Virus record (IMG/VR): IMGVR_UViG_3300006810_000242
Location: 1 to 30,319 of that record
DNA: 30,319 nucleotides
Source: a virus
Taxonomy: Duplodnaviria; Caudoviricetes
Direction: 5' to 3' (one strand)
Made by a program: the position numbers and the translations under genes. Of this stretch, positions 26,123 to 30,319 are shown piece after piece (position 1 is the first letter of the stretch; the number at the start of each line of letters is the position of its first letter). A model generated the notes under the pieces. That model was not told the origin of the DNA, made no database searches, and was given only the letters and a program-made list of their open reading frames with translations.

Positions 26123-27098
26123 TTATAAAGTCCTTTAATCCACGTATATATTCTGCTAAACACATCATATAAACTCTAGTAACTTCCCGCATCTCCTCTT
26201 TTGTTTTTACCTTTTTAGCATTATTAAGAATTGTTTCATGCTGATTACTACAGAATTGCCATCGTAATATAGTATTTGTTATAATAGTTTCTACATCATC
26301 AGGATCTACAGGTGGATATACCTCGTTTACTTCACCTCTTTTTAGACAAGTTTTTCCATCAGCAATTGCTTGACCATAAAATCTGCGCATAAAATAATCT
26401 TCAGTAATTCTTTCTTTTGGAATAAGATGGTCTAATTTTGCATAAGAGGAAAATAAAACTTTAACATTTTTCATTCTTCTACATCTGGATATTAATTCAA
26501 ATTCATCATTTGCTGTAAGTTTTATTTTTCCAACATATCCGTCACTATCATCAAAACCATTAACAGCATCAAATAATTGTTGTGGTATTGACATATTTGC
26601 TGATACAAGATATTTGTATTTATCATCTGTAATATCTATTATTGCATCATTGAGAACATTATTTTCTCTATAATCCAGCATAGCAAGCATATGTTCAAAT
26701 GGCTCTGACATCCAAATAGGTGGTGTTTTTAAAAATTGCAAAGAAACCATACCGCCTAATAAACACAAACGCTCTTGGTGTGTTTTTAGATGCTGTTCTA
26801 AACAATCGTTTTTAAGAATACAATCATCATCCGTGAAGAAGAAAATATCTCCTTCCGCAATATCAGCACCGGTATTTCTTGCTAAATTAGCACCAGCTTT
26901 TGAATTCCATACATAATCAAATCCAAAATAATCCTCTACAATTTCCTGTGTTTTTTCACCCCCTTTTCCATTTTCAACAACTATAACATCTTTTGGTTTA
27001 ATAGTTTGTTTATCTATAGATTTTAAAGTTTTCTCTAAAAAATCTGGATTTGGATTATATGTTGGAATTATAACAGAAATAGTTTTTGGTTTAATCAT
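26085..27098 (-). CDS. Glycosyltransferase family 2 (GT-A)
   Basis: ISVIIPTYN, VIVVENG, ARNTG, FTDDDC, ANMS, GFD. Confidence 0.9.
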   Translation of the reverse strand: MIKPKTISVIIPTYNPNPDFLEKTLKSIDKQTIKPKDVIVVENGKGGEKTQEIVEDYFGFDYVWNSKAGANLARNTGADIAEGDIFFFTDDDCILKNDCLEQHLKTHQERLCLLGGMVSLQFLKTPPIWMSEPFEHMLAMLDYRENNVLNDAIIDITDDKYKYLVSANMSIPQQLFDAVNGFDDSDGYVGKIKLTANDEFELISRCRRMKNVKVLFSSYAKLDHLIPKERITEDYFMRRFYGQAIADGKTCLKRGEVNEVYPPVDPDDVETIITNTILRWQFCSNQHETILNNAKKVKTKEEMREVTRVYMMCLAEYIRGLKDFINERSKICRYRCG

Positions 27099-27381
27099 AA
27101 TCTGGCATTAGTCCTAGTTCTGCTAAATGCGAGCAAATCAATAACATTATATCATTTGGTGAGTCTGTAATTTCACCATCTAATTCTACTTCATTAAATG
27201 GGCATTTTTCATAAACTGACATAGATACTTCATGCGCTTTGTACAAATAATCATCGTTCTTCTTTTTGTCATAATTTCTTAAATGACCAACAAAATGCAC
27301 TGCCGCAGCCTGCACGTTAGGATCATTATAGAAGTCTGTTAATTCCTGTATATCCGCTTGATGTGGCTGAACCATATACAT
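27091..27381 (-). CDS. Hypothetical protein
   Basis: 96-aa co-directional ORF overlapping both neighbours. Confidence 0.6.
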   Translation of the reverse strand: MYMVQPHQADIQELTDFYNDPNVQAAAVHFVGHLRNYDKKKNDDYLYKAHEVSMSVYEKCPFNEVELDGEITDSPNDIMLLICSHLAELGLMPDYD

Positions 27382-27916
27382 AATCCATATCTAAAAATCT
27401 CCATCTGTTCATATGATCTACTGCCTTAGAAGTATCAACAAATTCCAGATAGTTTGTCATTTCTGTCCAATTTGAAAACATCATTTGATGTGGAACAACA
27501 CCAAACATCCAATTAGGAATATTATTCTTACCTTGCTTACATACGACCAGAATTGGTTTCTTCTGAGAACAAGCCTCAAAAGCCTCGTGGTATGAACCAC
27601 ACATATGACTGTCAAGATCTAAGTATAAAATTAAAAAATGCGCAATATCGACCATCCTCAAGTCAACAGCGCAAATTGGTTTCATAATAGATTGTATCTG
27701 AGCAAAGTACCCAAGTTCTTTTAAATTCTGGATAGTTTCTCTAGTTTTTTCATTTTCGACACCAAAAGAACATGCTTTATCACACGGGTCTAAAATTCCA
27801 ACTTGTTTTGATAATAGAAAAGGTTTTATATCGTCCCTCCATTGTGTTGCCTCTTCCCACTCTACTCTGTCCATTGGTCCGCTAAGATAACACAGCATAC
27901 CTTTTAATCTATTCAT
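27326..27916 (-). CDS. Nucleoside 2-deoxyribosyltransferase-like / nucleotide N-glycosidase
   Basis: YLSGPM, WR, LDP, DLRMVD, GSYHE (catalytic Glu), KPILV; GGAGG RBS before ATG 27916. Confidence 0.75.
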   Translation of the reverse strand: MNRLKGMLCYLSGPMDRVEWEEATQWRDDIKPFLLSKQVGILDPCDKACSFGVENEKTRETIQNLKELGYFAQIQSIMKPICAVDLRMVDIAHFLILYLDLDSHMCGSYHEAFEACSQKKPILVVCKQGKNNIPNWMFGVVPHQMMFSNWTEMTNYLEFVDTSKAVDHMNRWRFLDMDYVYGSATSSGYTGINRLL

Positions 27917-28157
27917 TAAATGTCCTCCGACATTCATCATAAACATCTTGTGTTGAGTAAATTTCTTCATCAGAATAAATCTGTGTTGGAAATCTATCCA
28001 TTACAAATCCCCTCTGACTAACTATAAAAGATGGAGATAATGCAATGTCATATCTTTTAGATAGTCCATCATATAATGATCTAACACATGCTTTGAAAGG
28101 TTCTGTTGAAAGAATTATTCTTTTTAAAGAGCCGGATTGTACATAATATTTATTCAT
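27909..28157 (-). CDS. Hypothetical protein
   Basis: 82 aa, MNKYYVQSG...VSQRGF. Confidence 0.65.
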   Translation of the reverse strand: MNKYYVQSGSLKRIILSTEPFKACVRSLYDGLSKRYDIALSPSFIVSQRGFVMDRFPTQIYSDEEIYSTQDVYDECRRTFNE

Positions 28158-28566
28158 TTATAATATCCCCATCTTTAGTAGACCACCAGATCTTTTTAAT
28201 TCCAATAGCATCTAGTATTTGTTTACAATTTACACATGGTTTACTTTCACCAAGTTCACCATACTTATTTAACCTAAGAACTACCATAGAGAAACTAGAG
28301 TTAAGATAAACTTTACCCCAACATTTACTTATTGCATCAGTCTCAGCATGAGCATAATTGTACTTTTTATATTTCTGTATATTAAACTTATTTGCTAAGT
28401 AGAGAGTTTTTGCATCAGGGTTGTAAGGGCGATTCACACCTATAGATATAAGCTGATTGCGCTTATAGATAAAAGCAAAATGATAAGGTCGCCACACACC
28501 TTTAGTATCATAGTGGTTGGGAAAAATATCATTGGCTATCTTCAGAGATTTCTGTAGAATTCTCAT
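28150..28566 (-). CDS. Zn-dependent deaminase-fold protein (cytidine/dCMP deaminase superfamily)
   Basis: H..., SIGVN, HAETDA, SKPCVNC, GIKKIWWS. Confidence 0.8.
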   Translation of the reverse strand: MRILQKSLKIANDIFPNHYDTKGVWRPYHFAFIYKRNQLISIGVNRPYNPDAKTLYLANKFNIQKYKKYNYAHAETDAISKCWGKVYLNSSFSMVVLRLNKYGELGESKPCVNCKQILDAIGIKKIWWSTKDGDIINE

Positions 28567-28729
28567 TTCTAAATGGTTCTAACTTTTCTAAATTCTCAAG
28601 TTTAAGTCTCTCCAATTCGCGTTGAATACTTCTTTCCTCTCTCAGAAGTCTTCTCTTAAATGAGAGTTTGCGCTGAGTTTTTAGCTGCCTCTGTTTCTTC
28701 TTTTTCTCTTCTTTTCTTTGCTTGCTCAT
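28529..28729 (-). CDS. Small highly basic protein
   Basis: K/R-rich 66-aa ORF. Confidence 0.55.
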   Translation of the reverse strand: MSKQRKEEKKKKQRQLKTQRKLSFKRRLLREERSIQRELERLKLENLEKLEPFRNENSTEISEDSQ

Positions 28730-29387
28730 TTTTCAGATCTGTTGTAAAGAATTGATTAGTGTTTATACCAAGAATTATACGATGTCTACGAACTGTTTTA
28801 TCTGTTACTTTATGGTCACTGTTTTTATTCCAGTATTCAGCAATCTGTTTTGGTGTTAGAGTTAAATTTAATTTTCTAATGACATCATGAAATAAATCCA
28901 GTTTTGCACCAGACAATTTTTTAAAACTCTTTCTTTTTTTAATGAGATTCATTCTTGCTGCTTTTTTACTTACAGCACTAGAACTTTTACCAAGTTTTTT
29001 GCAGATTGTTTTTCTTGATACTTGATTTGAAATTGAGCGTTTAAGATAGGCTATTTCTTCCTCGGTCCACGGAGTTCTATCAACACCATCTGAACCAGTT
29101 AACCCAATTCTTGCCGCTTTATTTCTAATAGCAAAAAATGTCTTACCGGGAATTGAGACACTACGAATATCACCTCCGTATTTTTCATACTGATCTATCA
29201 ACATTAATTCTTCAATTCGCCTCCAATCTCTTCTTCTAGGGTAATCTGGGATTTTAACTCCAGATTTTTTCATTTTATATTTCATATTAAAAATTTTTGA
29301 TTTACTAACCCCCATCTTGTTAGCAAATTCTTCCAATGTCAAACCTGCATCAATAGCATCACAATATTCATTAAAGAAGTTCTTCAT
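28656..29387 (-). CDS. Multi-HTH / Myb-SANT-like repeat DNA-binding protein
   Basis: TLEEFANKMGVSKSKI; W..EE..L...AIRNKAARIGL; WTEEEI.YL...AVSKKAARMNL; TPKQIA...TVRRHR. Confidence 0.7.
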   Translation of the reverse strand: MKNFFNEYCDAIDAGLTLEEFANKMGVSKSKIFNMKYKMKKSGVKIPDYPRRRDWRRIEELMLIDQYEKYGGDIRSVSIPGKTFFAIRNKAARIGLTGSDGVDRTPWTEEEIAYLKRSISNQVSRKTICKKLGKSSSAVSKKAARMNLIKKRKSFKKLSGAKLDLFHDVIRKLNLTLTPKQIAEYWNKNSDHKVTDKTVRRHRIILGINTNQFFTTDLKNEQAKKRREKEETEAAKNSAQTLI

Positions 29388-29574
29388 CAATAGCCTCTAG
29401 CAAATCTTGAAAAAGCAAACAGTATTCTCTTAGTTCTGCGGGAGTAAGCTCGGTGCCCATTTCCGCTAGATCATTTCTTACTTTACTAGGATTAGTTTTC
29501 CATTCATTTAAAGCGATTTTAAGTTGTTGTTTATTTTGTCTAAATTCATGGAAAATTTTATCCAGATTAATCAT
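29371..29574 (-). CDS. Hypothetical protein
   Basis: ATGA overlap with the upstream gene. Confidence 0.6.
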   Translation of the reverse strand: MINLDKIFHEFRQNKQQLKIALNEWKTNPSKVRNDLAEMGTELTPAELREYCLLFQDLLEAIDEELL

Positions 29575-29753
29575 TTTTTCTCCATTAGATTTTGCTCTAG
29601 TCTCTCAATACGATCTTCCATATCGTATAGACCAAGAACATATTTTTGGGCAACAATAGCACCATGAAAAATCATAAAAAATATACCTAAGATTATTGCC
29701 CATCCAATTAGAGTACCAGCAATATATGAGGCATTATTCTTTTTTTCGACCAT
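29571..29753 (-). CDS. Small single-TM membrane protein
   Basis: IAGTLIGWAIILGIFFMIF plus a short coiled coil. Confidence 0.6.
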   Translation of the reverse strand: MVEKKNNASYIAGTLIGWAIILGIFFMIFHGAIVAQKYVLGLYDMEDRIERLEQNLMEKK

Positions 29754-29850
29754 CTTCTTTTTCCTTGTGTAGATCTTCCAATTGTTTATTGCGAATAATC
29801 TGGTCGTGTGGTATTTCTACTGGCACTGGCTTTTTTGGCACTTCGGACAT
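29734..29850 (-). CDS. Small 38-aa charged protein
   Basis: Hand translation MSEVPKKPVPVEIPHDQIIRNKQLEDLHKEKEDGRKKE; bridges the gap between neighbours. Confidence 0.4.
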   Translation of the reverse strand: MSEVPKKPVPVEIPHDQIIRNKQLEDLHKEKEDGRKKE

Positions 29851-29996
29851 TGTTTTAACTCATGTCTAAGGTCTGGTAAAGATTTGGAAAGTTCTTCTAT
29901 TAGTCTATTACCCTCACTTGGTGAGCCATCATACTCCCACCAATCAATTATATCTTCAATACGAGACAGAGTTTCTTTTGCTGATTGTGCATCCAT
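29817..29996 (-). CDS. Hypothetical protein with terminal CxxC
   Basis: ATG 1 nt after the thyX stop; ends CPKCQKSQCQ. Confidence 0.55.
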   Translation of the reverse strand: MDAQSAKETLSRIEDIIDWWEYDGSPSEGNRLIEELSKSLPDLRHELKQCPKCQKSQCQ

Positions 29997-29997
29997 C

Positions 29998-30318
29998 TTA
30001 GTGACCAAAAGCCTCCAGAGTGTGTTTAAAAGGATTATCGGGAATTTCTCTTACTAACTCCAGCATTTTACTGGCGATTTCTTGAATTTCAAGTTGGGCA
30101 TTTTCAGAATTACGAAGTTTCTGGAAGTTGGCAAAGGACCGCATGTTGAACATTACATCGGCTTGAATCTGGCTGTTGTAGGTCTTGAAGAATCTTGCTG
30201 ACTCTTTTGCTCGCTTGCGTCCCAATACTGGTTCAAGGTCTGCCAAGCAAGCGTGATATAATCTATTACCCTCTTCAGTATATTCTTCTAATCTTTCATA
30301 CCAATCATCAGATGGGGT
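29998..30318 (-). CDS. thyX: Flavin-dependent thymidylate synthase, C-terminal part (runs off the window edge)
   Basis: Frame open to the window edge; AKESARFF...FNMRSFANFQKLR...AQLEIQEIA matches the ThyX C-terminal E.AR / N.R...F..LR / AQ.EI motifs. Confidence 0.85.
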   Translation of the reverse strand, partial: TPSDDWYERLEEYTEEGNRLYHACLADLEPVLGRKRAKESARFFKTYNSQIQADVMFNMRSFANFQKLRNSENAQLEIQEIASKMLELVREIPDNPFKHTLEAFGH

Positions 30319-30319
30319 A

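Noticed and set aside
1473-30057. All plus-strand ORFs in the track (e.g. 7762-8229, 11285-11644) and nested minus-strand alternative-frame ORFs (2191, 5349, 13466, 14171)
   Set aside because: They are shadows of well-supported minus-strand genes, with no motifs or RBS and a composition typical of antisense frames.
1-30319. Alternative genetic code (TAG/TGA reassignment, as in some large phages)
   Set aside because: Genes are intact under code 11, and TAA, TAG and TGA all end genes at sensible junctions.
1-30319. tRNA, rRNA, group I/II intron, integrase or transposase
   Set aside because: No non-coding gap exceeds about 100 nt, none shows cloverleaf or T-loop motifs, and no such protein motifs were seen (by eye only).

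Overview
AT-rich (roughly one-third GC by eye), very densely packed segment of a large dsDNA bacteriophage genome. About 50 genes lie on the minus strand, many with overlapping stop/start codons, in the standard genetic code. In transcription order (right to left): ThyX C-terminus; small ORFs and a Myb/HTH-repeat protein; a deaminase and a nucleoside-deoxyribosyltransferase-like hydrolase; a GT2-sulfotransferase-methyltransferase-GT4 cassette; probable virion proteins (a modular polyprotein-like protein, a HiPIP-like Cys protein, and a structural gene with a GGA-repeat leader and terminator); an envelope module (holin-like protein, permuted NlpC/P60 enzyme, exported trypsin-thioredoxin fusion); nucleotide metabolism (dCMP deaminase, intein-containing class II RNR, dUTPase, PhoH); and recombination/replication (RecA, DnaB, DnaG, dNMP kinase, Cas4/AddB-like nuclease, half-length DnaE, DEDDh exonuclease, NucA-type nuclease). 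No tRNA, rRNA, CRISPR array or integrase was seen. The best candidates for new biology are (1) the protease-thioredoxin/NlpC-P60/holin-like module, (2) a C-terminally truncated DnaE whose stop codon sits in a 12-bp stem and is in frame with the downstream proofreading exonuclease, (3) the glycosyl/sulfo/methyl-transferase cassette, and (4) RNA-level controls (a CsrA-type GGA leader and an RBS-occluding hairpin). A Planctomycetota/PVC host is a weak inference. All family calls come from motif recognition by eye; no searches were run.
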